Source of the DNA: Sphyrna mokarran
Lineage: Eukaryota
Reading direction: 5' to 3'
DNA: 64,000 nucleotides
Assembly (NCBI GenBank): GCA_024679065.1
Contig: JAGIQG010000016.1
Location: forward strand, 35,712,001-35,776,000
Under the pieces are notes generated by a model, which saw only the letters and a program-made list of their open reading frames with translations, had not been told where the DNA came from and did not search any database. This document shows, in pieces, positions 12,500 through 25,007 of this stretch (position 1 is its first letter; each line of letters opens with the position of its first letter). The position numbers were made by a program, and so were the translations under genes.

Positions 12500-13480
12500 T
12501 CCACCTGAGAGATTACGTAGGCACAGTAATGTTCCTTGATGTGACCAAGACTTAACATGAGAGGAGGATGTGCCTGCCCAAGAGGTGGTTGCTGGGTTTT
12601 GCAATCTTTTGTGAGAAGACCACCCAAGGTGAAACCAGAGGCATTCACTCCCAAAGACCTTGATGCTGACTGTGAAACTCAATTTCTTTACAACTGGCTC
12701 AGTCCAAAATTCCACATCTGTTCTCTGCAGGATCTCATCTTTGGCAGCACACAGTGCATTCACTAGGTACCGATGCCCTTCTGCCAAAGTGGAGCACTTC
12801 ATCTGCTTTGACATTGATGCTGCAGTGCAGACACAGAAACTAATAGGATTTGCCCCGGTCTCAGGATTCCCTTAAGTTAAAAGTGTATTTTGACTGTGTG
12901 CACATGGTCATTAGGACACCGAATGTGAATGTTGAGAGGTACAACAGGCAAAAGCGTTACCATTCCCTGAACATGCAACTCCTCTGCGCCCATCGCAAAA
13001 GCTGCTCTCATGTTTGTGGTGGCTTTCCTGGCAGCTTTTTTATGCTCATGGACTGTGGACTGCCAAAAATATTTGCATCCACCCACCCTCATTGATGGTT
13101 TGATATTCAGAGTAGGGGCTACCCCCTGAAAAGATGGCTTCTCAGACCACTGAGACATTCCCAGACTCAATGAGAGCATCTTCACATAAGAATACTTACT
13201 AAATGGAGCATTGGTCTTCTGAGGATGAGATTCAGGTGTTAGGGTTACTCAAAGGACTCACTACAGTCTCCAGAACCAAAGTGATTTATTCCATGCTCTA
13301 CGACCAGCCATTGTGAAAGGGCTGATTATGGACAAGAAATTGAGGAATGGAAGCTCTCCTCAGCTGAAGAAGAGGAGAAGAAGGAGATTATGCAGCATTA
13401 TGCACCCATGGTGAGGGTGAGGTCAATAGGAAAGCCCCTAGAAACAAGAGAGTTGTCATTCATGCATACACTATGAAGGG
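12500..13480 (+). pseudogene. Decayed PIF/Harbinger DDE nuclease (HARBI1-like transposase)
   Basis: Ordered motifs across frames: LTVKLNFFTTGSVQ, GFAPVSGFP, FDCVHMVIRTP, RQKRYHSLNMQLLC, VCGGFPGS, GYPLKRWLLRPLR, IGLLRMRFRC. Confidence 0.9.
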
Positions 13481-13854
13481 TCCATCCAAAACACCACTGT
13501 TACCAACAGCTCAGATCAGTTGAGATAATAAGAAGACTTTGAATTATTTGGACATGCCTGTAAATCTGTATCTATATTGCACCCCCCATTATTATCTTAG
13601 GTATTTGTTTGTTTCATTTATACATTTCTACTTCTTTACTTAATGAATCTAAACTTCTCTAAACCTTATAGTGATCAGATGAGTGCCCTAACCAATATAA
13701 TGCCCTCCACTCTTGGACTCTCTAACATGGTGCTCCCTTATTGCAATGGAAGAGGTGGAGACAAGCTGCTCATGTCTCTGATTATGTGGCTGAAAAAGTT
13801 GTGGCATTGGCTTCATTGCGCAGTGACCAATTGGTGCTCTATCTCAGACCGAAC

Positions 13855-14600
13855 AAACAATATTCTCTTCCTCAATGTCAACAAAATGGAAGAGATTGCC
13901 ATCGACTTCAGGAAGCGTAAAGGGGAAAATGCCCCTATCTACATCACTGAGGATGAAGTAGAAAGAGTCGAGAGCTCAATTTTTTAGGTATCCAGATCAC
14001 CAACATTCTGTCCTGGTCTCCCCATGCTGACAGTATAGTTAAGATAACCCATCAACGCCTCTACTTTCTTTGAAGACTAAGGAAATTCGGTACGTCAGCT
14101 ATGATTCTCAGAAACTTTTGCAGTTGCACCATCAAAAACGTTCTTTCTGGTTGTATCACAGCTTGGCATAGCTCCTGCTCTGCCCAAAACTGCAAGGAAC
14201 TACATAAGGTCGTGAATGTAGCCCAATCCATCAACAAAACCAGCCTCCCATCCATTGACTTAGTCTGCACTTCCCGCTGTCTCATCAAAGTAGTCAATAT
14301 AATTAAAGACCCCACGCACCTCGGACATTTTCTCTTCTACTTTCTTCGTTCAGGAAAAAGATACAAAAAATGCATACCAGAACAAGAACAACTTCTTCCC
14401 TGCTGCTGTCAGACTTTTGAATGTACTTATCTTGAATTAAGCTGTTCTTTCTCTACACGCTAGCTATGACTGTAACACGACATTCTGCATTTTATCCTTT
14501 CCTTCTTTATGAATGGTATGCTTTGTCTGTATAGTGCGCAAGAAACAACACTTTTCACTGTATGATAATACATATGTTAATAATGGATCAAATCAAATAA
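13855..14600 (+). mobile_element. Rex1/Babar-clade LINE, 5'-truncated and decayed
   Basis: LNVNKMEEIAIDFRK, HQRLYFL*RLRKFG, CTIKNVLSGCITAW, IIKDPTHLGHFLF..LRSGKRY; ends in atcaaatcaaat. Confidence 0.85.
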
Positions 14601-14639
14601 ATCTCTACAGCCACCCTCATATGGTCCCAGTTAACATTT

Positions 14640-15710
14640 GGCTGAAGAGCCAAGGAATCATAGGATGGTAAGATTCCCTTCATGGAGTCTGAATGCTGAG
14701 CACTTGAATGATATCCTGAAGGTTGAATGGGATGTGGAGCTGGAACTCAGCTGCCATTTATGCTCACCACTGACTACCACACTTAAGGCAGTAAATGTAG
14801 CTCCTCCCCACTACTGCAATGAAGCAATTGTCACTGCTCAAATGAGTTCATACTTATTGCATGAGGTCCTGCACCTTCTGCATTTGCTGCTACATGGGAC
14901 TCACAGCAAGGTTGACTACTTTCTCTCATCATACACTCCCCAGCCTGGGACACTGCTGGGTTCATGACAATGACAGACCGCCATTCTCATAATACCTCTG
15001 GAAACTCAACTAGATAAGATCTGCTGCTGCAGATTTAAATACCTAGTCCCAGAGGATGCCTTGAGGCTTTAGTTCACTTGTCCAAAGAGCAACCATACCA
15101 ATGCCCTCCCTCCTTCAGGGGGAAGTGTGTAAAGGCAGCATTGTCTCAAATCTTCCTTCAGCACACTATAGACTGTGATCCCAATTCACCTCTACATTAA
15201 ACCTAACAGAGTGATTGAGTGAGTCTAGGTTGGTGATTACTGCCACCATTAATGGTGACCCTTTAACAACTGAATTTCCTTTGCCTGTTCCATGTCAGAC
15301 TCCTCTCATTGGAGTGGTGATGGCAGGGGGTGGGAGCCAGAGGGTTGGGGGTAGGGGTAGTAGAGAGTGGAGGGGAGCTAATGGACCTGTGAGAGAAACA
15401 TAAGACATCAAGAGATGAGGGTGTGCACATCACTCCCTTCTCATTGACATTCTTCCCAAGCCACCTCTAACATAATTCTACCTTGCAGCCAGCTCACCTT
15501 TCTAAAATCACCCATAGCTAACCACCGAGTACCATCCTTCCTTCTTCATCAACCTTCCCTGACAAGACCTGGAAAGGATGACTCGCCTCATCCACATATT
15601 CCATCAGTGGCTTTCTTGTGATGGCCATAGCCCTCTCCTCTGCTAGTTTGAGGTACTTCAGGTTTACTGGACCACCACTCCTTGCCTCAGTCCTTATCTT
15701 CCTGAAAGGC
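14640..15710 (-). pseudogene. Decayed Harbinger accessory (Myb/SANT-like) gene, downstream exons
   Basis: After a tttcag acceptor (~15702) the minus strand reads RKIRTEARSGGPVNLKYLKLAEERAMAIT, resembling the TGGGxxxLxxLTxxEERALxI segment of Harbinger Myb-like partners; convergent to the nuclease at 12500-13480. Confidence 0.55.
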
Positions 15711-16059
15711 AAACGTGATAACAAAAATATAAACTCATCAAGATACAATACTTGGAAATGCATCCAAGGTTTCTCATATTTCTTTCAACCAATTTCCTCC
15801 AAGCACATGAACATAAATTGTTCCCCCTCAGCCATGGAGATTTGTTGTTGCTGCACTGCAGTGTGTCATGTGAATTTTGTATGCATGATTCCAGCCATAT
15901 TGCATGGAGAAAAGGAGCCATTAAAATGTGATGAAATATGACAATGGAATCCAAATAATTCAGGTCTCTTTGGTTGTAGACCAACAGTGAACTAAACACA
16001 GATAGCCCAATGTAAATTAGTCATTGGAACTTTGAGATGAGAGAAATGTCCATTTGCAT

Positions 16060-16672
16060 TCATCAATTTGCATTCATCAATCAAGAAATTGAGTTTAGGA
16101 GTTGGGAAATAGTGCTACAGCTGTATAAGACCATGGTCAGACCTCACTTGGAATACTGTGCTCAGTTCTGGTCGCCTCATTACAGAAAGAATGTGGAAGC
16201 CATAGAAAGCGTGCAGAGGAAATTTACAAGGATGTTGCCTGGATTGGGTGGCATGCCTTATGAGGATAGGTTGAGAGAGCTCAGTCTTTTCTCCTTGGAG
16301 AGACGAAGGATGAGGGGGGACCTGATAGAGGTGTACAAGATGATGAGAGGTATTGACCGAGTGGATTCTTGGAGGCTTTTTCACAGGGTTGAAATGGCTG
16401 CCACAAAAGTACACAGGTTTAGGGTGCTGGGGAGTAGATACAGAGGAGATGTCAGGAATAAGCTTTTCACTCAGATGGTGGAGGATGCATGGAATTGGCT
16501 GCTGGCGGTGGTGGTGGAGGCAGATTCGATTGGGTCTTTTAAGAGACTTTTGGATAAGTACATGGAATTTAGTAAGATGGAGAGTTATAGGTAAGCCCGG
16601 TAATAGGGACATGTTTGGTGCAACTTATGGGCCGAAGGGCATGTTTGTGCTGTAGTTTTTCTATATTTCTAT
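16060..16672 (+). mobile_element. CR1 LINE 3' fragment
   Basis: ORF 16037-16594 has LYKTMVRPHLEYCAQFWSPHY...RRRMRGDLIEVYK; 3' UTR gggccgaagggcatgtttgtgctgtag and ttctat repeats. Confidence 0.95.
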
Positions 16673-16784
16673 GCTTGTGCTTGTATTAAATGGATTACAA
16701 ACAATTCTGATTCTGCTCCCTTCTCCTAACTCTCAGACACAACTGCCAATCAAAGAATGAATGATACGAAGACATACTATTAAA

Positions 16785-17180
16785 AATTACCTTTTATGAC
16801 CATGGCAAGCACCAAAGGACTTGACAAGCAATGAAGTGCTTTTGAAGCATAGTCGCCGTATCATAGGAACCATGCCAGCTACTCTGCACTTGGCAGTTTG
16901 CCTCAAACAGCAATGTGATAATGACCAGATAAACTGCTTTTGTGATGTTAATTCAGGAATAAATATTAGCCAGGACTACAACGAGAACACTCCTGCCTAT
17001 TTTTTGAAACAGTGCCACAGGATTTTTATGTTTACCTGCGAGGATAAACTGAGGCTTGGTTTAAAGTCTCATCCACGCTGGAGTAGAGTGTCAACTTTGA
17101 TTTTTGCCTAAAGACTCGACTGGACTTGAACTCACAACCTTCTGATTCAGAGACAGAAGTATGACCAACTGGGCAATGAC
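16785..17180 (-). mobile_element. DeuSINE (SacSINE1/AmnSINE-like) remnant
   Basis: Reverse complement of the Deu-type body (aaacagcaatgtgataatgaccagataa, aataaatattagccaggac, ggtttaaagtctcatcc) and tRNA-like head (cttgaactcacaaccttctgattcagag). Confidence 0.75.
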
Positions 17181-17239
17181 TGAACAAAGTCATAACCTCA
17201 GCTGAACTTGGCTCATTGATCAATTGAAGATGACTGAGA

Positions 17240-17370
17240 CATCTTGAAGAAGAGTTACACAGACTCATGACATTAACTTGATTTCTCTCTCTGCTGATGC
17301 TGCCAGGCCTGCTGAGGTTTTCCAGTATTTTTGGTTTCTATTTCAGATTTCTAGTATCTGCTGTATTTCA
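17240..17370 (+). mobile_element. Penelope-like 3' tail stub
   Basis: ttgaaga-agagt-tacacag-actc-atga followed by gatgctgccaggcctgctgag...tttcagatttctagtatctgc, matching 7854-7950 and 62213-62355. Confidence 0.6.
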
Positions 17371-17535
17371 TTTTTTTAAATACTTTTGAATGATTGCCCG
17401 TGTAAAAACCTTTCCACTCCTAGAAACTATATAAATACTGCTTTGAACAGATCTGCACATACTAATTCTCAGGAGGAACTGTGACTAAAGTTGAATGAGT
17501 TAATTTAAATCAGTTGAGCGAATACTGCCTTAATT

Positions 17536-17800
17536 GGGCAACAATGGCTGGCACTGCTGCCTCAGCACCAGGGTCTCCAGTTTGATTCCTGTCTTGGGTT
17601 ACTGTCTGTGTGGAGTTTGCATGTTCTCTCTGTATCTGTGTGGGTTTCCTCCAGGTGCTCCAGTTTCCTCCCATGGGCTAAAAAACATGTTGGTTAGGTG
17701 CATTGACCCAAACAGATGCCAGAATGTGGCGGCTACAGGAATTTCTCAGTAACTTCATTGTAGCATTAATGTAAGGCTTATTTGTGACTAATATATAAAT
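17536..17800 (+). mobile_element. V-SINE, alternative-tail subfamily
   Basis: V-domain gtgtggagtttgcatgttctc...ggtgctccagtttcctccc; tail cagtaacttcattgtagcattaatgtaaggcttatttgtgactaata. Confidence 0.85.
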
Positions 17801-18839
17801 TTTAACTTCAGTAATCAGGTTCTTGATCCAAGCCTTTCTCCAATCCCGCCACTGAGGCAATAAGCCAACCCATGCCAATGAGGCAGCTTGCTACTTTAAA
17901 TATGATAATAAATTTAACCACCTGGTTTTATGAGCCTCAGGAAACCTGGCAGCTCCCTCCAGCCAAGGAGTTGTTGGTTCCAGGAAGTGAGTGCCTTTAC
18001 ATTGAGCTCCTGGATCCAGAGACCTTCTGGAATCACCTTCTAGGTGAACCCCCACAACTAGGCCATCCCACCCCACCTCACCTAAACTTCCCCTTAATGT
18101 TTCTGATTCTGGGTCCCAAAGTTTCTGGAAGCCCCTACACAATTATGACGTTGCCTCTATGTTCCTGGTCCATATCCTAGACTAATAATCCCACTCAAAT
18201 AGGCACTGGCCTCTTCTCTGTACCTCCAATCAGTTCCAGGACTCCCATTTCCCTCATAAGCTTCAAATTCATTTCAAAAGCCTCCAATTGCACTATCCCA
18301 CACTACGATGTCCAGACTTCCAAATACACCCTCCCATCCCAGCTCCAAATCTCTGATCTCATCAGCTACTCTGGCTGTGATTCATAGTGTGCAGGGACAT
18401 TCCCAATTCCAGATTCCTGCTCCCAGCAGGACAGGTAGATAAAAAGTTATGCCTTCAGAATAAGTTTTGTTATAATAATTTAAACAGAGGAGACAGCATG
18501 TGATAGATAGAGCTAAGCAATCTCACAAGCAATGGATCAAATCTAAGCTCTGCAATCCTGCCTCATCCAGTCTTGAGTGGATGAATAATGAAAGACAATT
18601 AAACAACTAACAGGAGGAGTGAGTACCCTTAATATCAAGTTAGCATTTGACTGAGTGCAGCATCAAGGAGCCCTGACAATACTAGAGTCAATGAGAATCA
18701 GAAAGAAAATTTCCCATTTGTTGGATCAAAATCAATGGACTTTTGGCTGCTCTCCAAATTTTCCAGTTCCTCCTGCATCAATTCCACAATTGGTAGGGGC
18801 AGAAAATCCTGGCCATTGTCATTGCTGGAGGTCAATCAT

Positions 18840-19800
18840 ATTTGTCCTGGGGCATTGCTGCACTATTTCCTCGGGATAGTGTCCCAGGCCCAACCAACTT
18901 CAGCTGCTTCACCAATTATCTTCACTCCATAATGTCAGAGGTGGGAATGTTCACTGATTGCACAATATAGAACATGCAGCTTCTCAACTATTGAAACAAT
19001 CATGTCGATATGCAGCAAGATCTGGACTATATTCAGGCTTGGACTAATAAGTGACAAGTAACATTTGTGCCACACAAGTGCGGGCAATGATCATCTCCAA
19101 CAAAACAGAATCCAGTCATCGTCCTTTGACGTTCAATGTCATTACCATCGCTAAATCCTCCACTGTCAACATCATAGGATTACCATTAACCAGAGGCTGA
19201 AATAGACAAGCCATATAAATACTTTGGCCACAAGAATAGGTCAAAGACTGGGAATTCTACAGAGAGCACCTGACTTTCTGACTTCCTAAAACCTGTCCTT
19301 CATCAATTAGTCAGAAGTCAGGATGTGATGGAATACATTCCACTTGCCTGGATGAGTGTAGCTCCAACAACAATCAAGAAGCTCGACATCATCCAGAACA
19401 AAGCAACTCACATGATTGGTACTCCCTCCATCACAGACGTGCAGGGGCAACAGTACCTACCACCTTCAGCAACTCACCAGGTCTCTGTTGACAGCACATT
19501 CCAAATCACAACTTCTGCCACCTAGAAGAACAAGGGCAATAAATGCACAGGAACACCACCACTTCCAAGTTTCGTACCAAGTCACGCACCATCCTGATTT
19601 GGAACCAATTGCCATTCCTTCACCTTCTCTAGGTCAAAATCCTGGAACTCCCTCCCTAATAGCAATTCTTATGTTCCAACACCACATGGGCTGCAAAGAT
19701 TCAGGAAGGCAGTTCATCACTACCTTTCAAAGGCAATTTGTAGTGGGCAATAAATGGTGGCCTCACCAGTAATGCCCCCATCCCAAGAATGAATAAGTTA
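18840..19800 (+). mobile_element. Decayed LINE RT and 3' end (CR1/L2 group, distinct from the main CR1 family)
   Basis: Across frames: xDSVPGP...SEVGMFTD, MQQDLDYIQAWTNK*QVTFVPHKC, MEYIPLAWMSVAPTTIKKLDIIQNKA; tail gggcaataaatggtggcc...gaatgaataa. Confidence 0.85.
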
Positions 19801-21939
19801 AAAAAAAACCCAATGCTCAACGGGTTGATACGAATAACTTGAAAGAAAGAACTTGTATTTTGGCATCACATTTAACTTCCTTAAAGTTTCCCAAAAGAAA
19901 ACTTCCAATGTAGTGAAAGTATATTTGCAATGTGATGTCGGTAAACACAATAACCAATGTTCACAATAGAAAGGACCTCTTTTTTTTTGGGAAGCAAAGT
20001 ACAGACATATTAATTGACCTTCTATTGGAAGATGATGTGAATTTCTGTAGTTACAGGAGCCATCTACAGAAATTATAATTAAGTCTACGAACATAATTAG
20101 TAATAAAGGATTTGAATCAATAACTTAATGCAGGTAAAAGTGTTTTATTGTTGTCACAATGTTATATCTATTTTGCACAGTGAGATATACTGCACTAGTC
20201 ATTGCCCTGTATGTATGCATTATAATTAAGTTATAATTCATGTTATGAAATTTAAATTCAGCTACTGACTTTGCTTTGACATCTCTTCCAAATCTATCCT
20301 GATGCAATTATATTAAATATTCTTTGTTTCTACTTTTGAATTTATAGCTTCTCCATATTACAACCAAATCTTCTATGGAACAAAATCTGCTTTCATTGAA
20401 GTTGTTAACAGTCGATGTTCATACAGAAACAGCAGTGACAACATCAAATAAAAAGGATTTGGAAAAGGTCTAAAACAATCTTAAAGCAATTGCTAACAGC
20501 AACTGTACTGACAAGACCTTAACAATTTTTAAATTGTGTTACCTCCAATAAAGTAGCAACAACATGCCAGAAATGAATGGAAGAATTTCAAATAGTCCAA
20601 CAGCCGTAGTCTAATCATCAATAGTTTGAAAAGTTCTCATCTTTAGTTCAACACCAAGTCAGTTTTTGTCCAAAGCACATTTGTAATGTGGCCTTGGTGA
20701 ATCCATCATAGTTAATACATTTTAATAGTTTAAATATAGTTGAAACGTCTCTTCTGGTATACAAATTGTTCCTCAATTGTCCTCAGTTCCATGAAACTAG
20801 GTTGCCAACTGCCAGGCATCCAGCCAGAAACTATTTCCTTATCAATTCTGCCTCCTCATCACCCGAGAAATTCTTTCAGTATGCTCTCAGTATTCTGAGC
20901 CAATCCATTATGAGGCACTCTGTTCCAAAATGTGTCTTTGGGCTGCTGCCAATCAGGATAATCATCCCAGCATCAGAAACCGATCCAGTTACCAGAGACA
21001 TTTAGTTACAATAATACACAATTAACTCCACAGCTTCATCTTTCTAATGCAGGCCAGAAGGGCAGGTCAGCAGCAATCCAGTTTGGCAATCTACCGGCTC
21101 CAACAACCTGTCCAATTCTAGGTCAATCCTAGCAGAATGGCTACACCTGAAATATGAACCTGCCTTTCCATTTTACAAGTATTACTTGATTTGCAAAGCA
21201 TTTCCAGGAATTCCTGTTTAATTTTAGATTTCTAGCTTTTTTAAAAAATATTTGGATGCATTACTATTTCTGACAAGACAAACAGATCCACAGCTCTGCC
21301 AACCTCTTTACATTGTATTCACTCCTAACAGGAATTAGTACGATAATCGCCGCAAGGGGCACAACAGGCAGGATGAAAGAAATGTTGAGACAGATATAAG
21401 AAGTGGGGGAAATGAAGATTTCAATATTTCAAAACATGTTCATGAAACATAAATTGGGAATACAAATTTTAAAACAAGTGGATTTTTTCCTACTGCTGCT
21501 ACTAACTCTTCCAGCATCTCACCCGTCATTGTGCTTCTGAATGAATAATATACACAACTCATAAGAAAGGAAATTGAATTCACTTATGGTGTACAAATTA
21601 AATCCTTGACAAATAACAAGCGATTAGTGACTCAGATATTTCTGCCCAGCAATATCATAAAATGGCGCAGCTATTGTATTGAGAAAAAAATCAGTGATGG
21701 AAACCCATTGGAACCAATGAGGAAGAACATCAATAGAGAAGTGCTCAATGGTCTTGTGCTTCTAAGAGAAGCCAATTTGAAAGATTATTTTTAGCACACA
21801 ATTTTCAGGCTAATTGTTGATTATCATGACCTGCATAGACAATAAGATAAAACTTTACTGGGACTCTCAATGTAGCTAATACTCAGGCACTTTCACTGAA
21901 AATGTGGAAGACAATGATTGAGTATGAAATGATGCCCTG

Positions 21940-22490
21940 AGAAGCAAGACAAATGTGCTCAGGTATTCCCGTGAAGTACTGAATGTACTGGCGGAAGAGG
22001 TAGAGAAAAGCAGGGGGCGGGGGGATTTGGAATGGAGGACAGAGAGACAACCAATGCATAAACTGCAGGAGGGGATTGTCTAGGATTCTTGGCCCAATGC
22101 TAGAAGACATTCAATGATCATACATGGGTGGTCACGTTAAAGACTGCATCACAACCTCTTCTTAATAACTGCATGACCACTCAACACAATTCATCCACCA
22201 TTTAAGTATATACTGACATTCACATAACATATCGTATTGTGTCTTCTAGAATCATTATTCACTCCTCACTCTCATTCAGACAGAAGTTGCAGCTCTTCAA
22301 CCATGTGCTGCATCTCTCACACATTAATGTACTTGCTAATACATGCTTTTACAATCAGCACTGCCTGGTAGAGATCAAACATGTGTACATGAGGTCATTC
22401 CCATTGAGGAGGCGTGGGGGGGGGGGTGGGGAAGAATGGGGCAAGCCATGGCCTGATGAAGTGTAGAGCACATATTGCCTTGAGGTATAT
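21940..22490 (+). pseudogene. Decayed Harbinger Myb/SANT-like gene fragment
   Basis: RYSREVLNVLAEEVEKSR (~21961) and QC*KTFNDHTWVV (~22095-22135) match the Myb/SANT-like pattern RFSxxxLExLVxEV...QCRKKFNDL. Confidence 0.65.
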
Positions 22491-22876
22491 ACAACCATTC
22501 CAACTTCCTTACAGATACAGATCTATTACTGATACCTAATCATCTGAACCTCTCTTCACTCTCAAGTTCCATATGGTCTGATCACATATATCCTCTTTTG
22601 GTGGGATTCTCCAACACACTGACTTTCTCACCTGCCTAAAACAAGAGTGGAGATTCCTGGCCATACTTTTTGTCCTAACTCCCTAGTTTCTGGACTTCCT
22701 ATTATTAACTTAAAATTCTTCTTTTTCCAGTTCCCTAATCCCATCCTAGTTCATCTTAAAATGAAACCGAAAAATTCTTTCTAACCCAAGTTAATCTAGT
22801 TGTTAAGAAACAACCTAATTTTCTTTCAAATGTCATGAATGCTTTAACTAAAATGCAATTACAATAAGGTGAGTAG

Positions 22877-23250
22877 ATGGCACAGTAGTATTGTAGTTGG
22901 AATTGTAATTGTATAGTTGGAATAGTAATCCAAAGACAGGGTAATCCTCTGGCTCTCCTCAATCCATTTCATTGAATTCAGATTTAACCATGGCAGATGG
23001 TTAAATCTGAATACAAGAAAAATCTGGAATTAAAGGTTTATTGATGACCATGAAACCGTTGTTGAACATCGTAAAATCCCATCTGATTCACTAATATCCT
23101 TTGGGGAAGGAAATCTACTGTCCTTACATGATCTGGCCTACATGTGATTCCTGACCCACTACAATGTGGTTGACTCTTAAATGCCTTCAGGGATGGGCAA
23201 CAACTGCTGGCCTAGTCAGGGACGCCCACTACCCATGAACAAATAAATTT
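22877..23250 (+). mobile_element. tRNA-headed SINE, second family
   Basis: Body aaggaaatctactgtccttacatgatctggcctacatgtgattcc...gtggttgactcttaa and tail match 1262-1563 and 57252-57602. Confidence 0.85.
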
Positions 23251-23359
23251 TAAAAAGCACAATTCAAAATAACCAAACCGCACAGACATATAAGCGCTTT
23301 CATTCAACACTAAACTTACTAAAGTTTTAATCTTTTCTTATACAGAAACACAAAATTAA

Positions 23360-23790
23360 ACTTATTTTATAGATTAACAGATTCCTGGATGTTTACAGCA
23401 CAGGAAGAAGCCAGTTGGGCTATTGTGCCAATCATCAAAGATCTGGCTACACTAATCCTATTTTCCAGGGCTTGGTCCTGGAGATTATAGCAGCATAAGT
23501 GTATATTTATATACTTCTTAAATGTTACAAGAGTCTCTGGCTCAAGCATCCTGTCAGACAGTGAGTTCCAGACTTCCAGCACCTTCTGGATGCAAGAGTT
23601 TCTCCTCAATTTCCCTCTTAGCTTTGTATCACTTACTTTAAATCTATAGCCCTGGTTATTGACTCTTCTATCCTTGGAAAAAGTGCCTTCTTATCCACCC
23701 TATCTATGCTCCTCACAATTTAATACACATATATCAGGCCCCCTACTCAATCTTTGCTGCTCCAAGGAAAACAGCCCTCGCCTATTCAGT
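23360..23790 (-). mobile_element. Old CR1 3' fragment
   Basis: ORF 23367-23609 MRRNSCIQKVLEVWNSL...TFKKYIN resembles the CR1 ORF2 C-terminus. Confidence 0.75.
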
Positions 23791-23873
23791 CTTCCCTTAC
23801 AGACCTGCCAGCCGCAGGCAATTAAAGCCACACCCTAATTCTAATAGCCACAAATATAATATATATTATTTAA

Positions 23874-25007
23874 ATGACGAAATCAGTGGACGAAGGGCGA
23901 GCCGTTGATGTTGTCTATTTGGATTTTAGTAAGGCGTTTGACAAAGTCCCTCATGGGAGGTTAGTCGAGAAGGTCAAGGCAAATGGGATACAAGGGCAGG
24001 TAGCTAGATGGATAAGTAACTGGCTTGGTAATAGGAAACAGAGAGTAATAGTGGAAGGCTGTTGCTCTAGCTGGAGGTCAGTCACTAGTGGTGTGCCACG
24101 GGGCTCGGTACTGGGACCTCTTCTATTTGTAATATATATAAATGACTTGGAAGAGGGAGTAAGTGGAGTGATCAGCAAGTTTGCAGACGATACAAAGATG
24201 GCTGGACTTGAAGATAGTGAGGAGCATTGTCAGGCGATGCAGCAGGACATAGATAGGCTGGTAGCTTGGGCAGATAGATGGCAAATGGAATTCAATCCTG
24301 ATAAATGTGAGGTGATGCATTTTGGGAGAAAGAATGTAGCGGGGAGGTATATGATAAAGGGTAGACCTATTAAGAGTATAGAAACGCAGAGGGACCTGGG
24401 GGTGCAGGTGCACAAGTCTCTGAAAGTGGCAGAGCAAGTGGAGAAGGTTGTGAAGAAAGCATATGGTATGCTAGCCTTTATAGGAAGGGGTATAGAGTAC
24501 AAGAGCTGGCCTTTAATGTGGCAGTTGTATAAAACATTGGTTAGACCTCATTTGGAATACTGCGTCCAGTTCTGGTCGCCTTACTACCAGAAGGACATGG
24601 AGACTCTGGAGAGAGTGCAGAGGAGGTTTACCAGGATGCTGCCTGGTATGGAAGGTCTGAGTTACGAGGAGAGATTAGGAAAATTGGGACTGTTTTCCTT
24701 AAAAAGACGTAGACTTAGAGGAGATCTGATAGAGGTGTACAAGATTTTGAAGGGGATTGATAGAATAAACAGGGTTAAGCTTTTTCCTAGGATGGACTCA
24801 AATAGCACGAGGGGTCACGGGCTTAGGGTGAGGGGGTAAGGTATAATTTGGATGCTAGAGGGAGTTTTTTTCACACAGAAGGTGGTGGGGGTATGGAATG
24901 CGCTGCCAAGTAAAGTGGTGGAGGCAGGTACTCTGGAGTTATTTAAGAAATACTTAGAGGGGCACATGAACAGAATGGGAATGGAGGGGTATAGAAAACT
25001 GATTTAA
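23874..25007 (+). pseudogene. CR1 ORF2 reverse transcriptase C-terminal part, one frameshift at ~24835
   Basis: Adding one G to the G-run at 24832-24836 restores RVRGVRYNLDARGSFFTQKVVGVWNALP...MEGYRKLI*. Confidence 0.9.

Noticed and set aside
12500-13480. Domesticated host HARBI1 gene
   Set aside because: Many stops and frameshifts, and it sits in a transposon context next to its partner-gene remnant
15325-15380. G-run cluster that could form a G-quadruplex
   Set aside because: Low-complexity segment within a decayed Harbinger region; no sign of function
20340-20470. Possible plus-strand exon LLHITTKSSMEQ...
   Set aside because: Weak donor, no recognisable homology, and length compatible with chance
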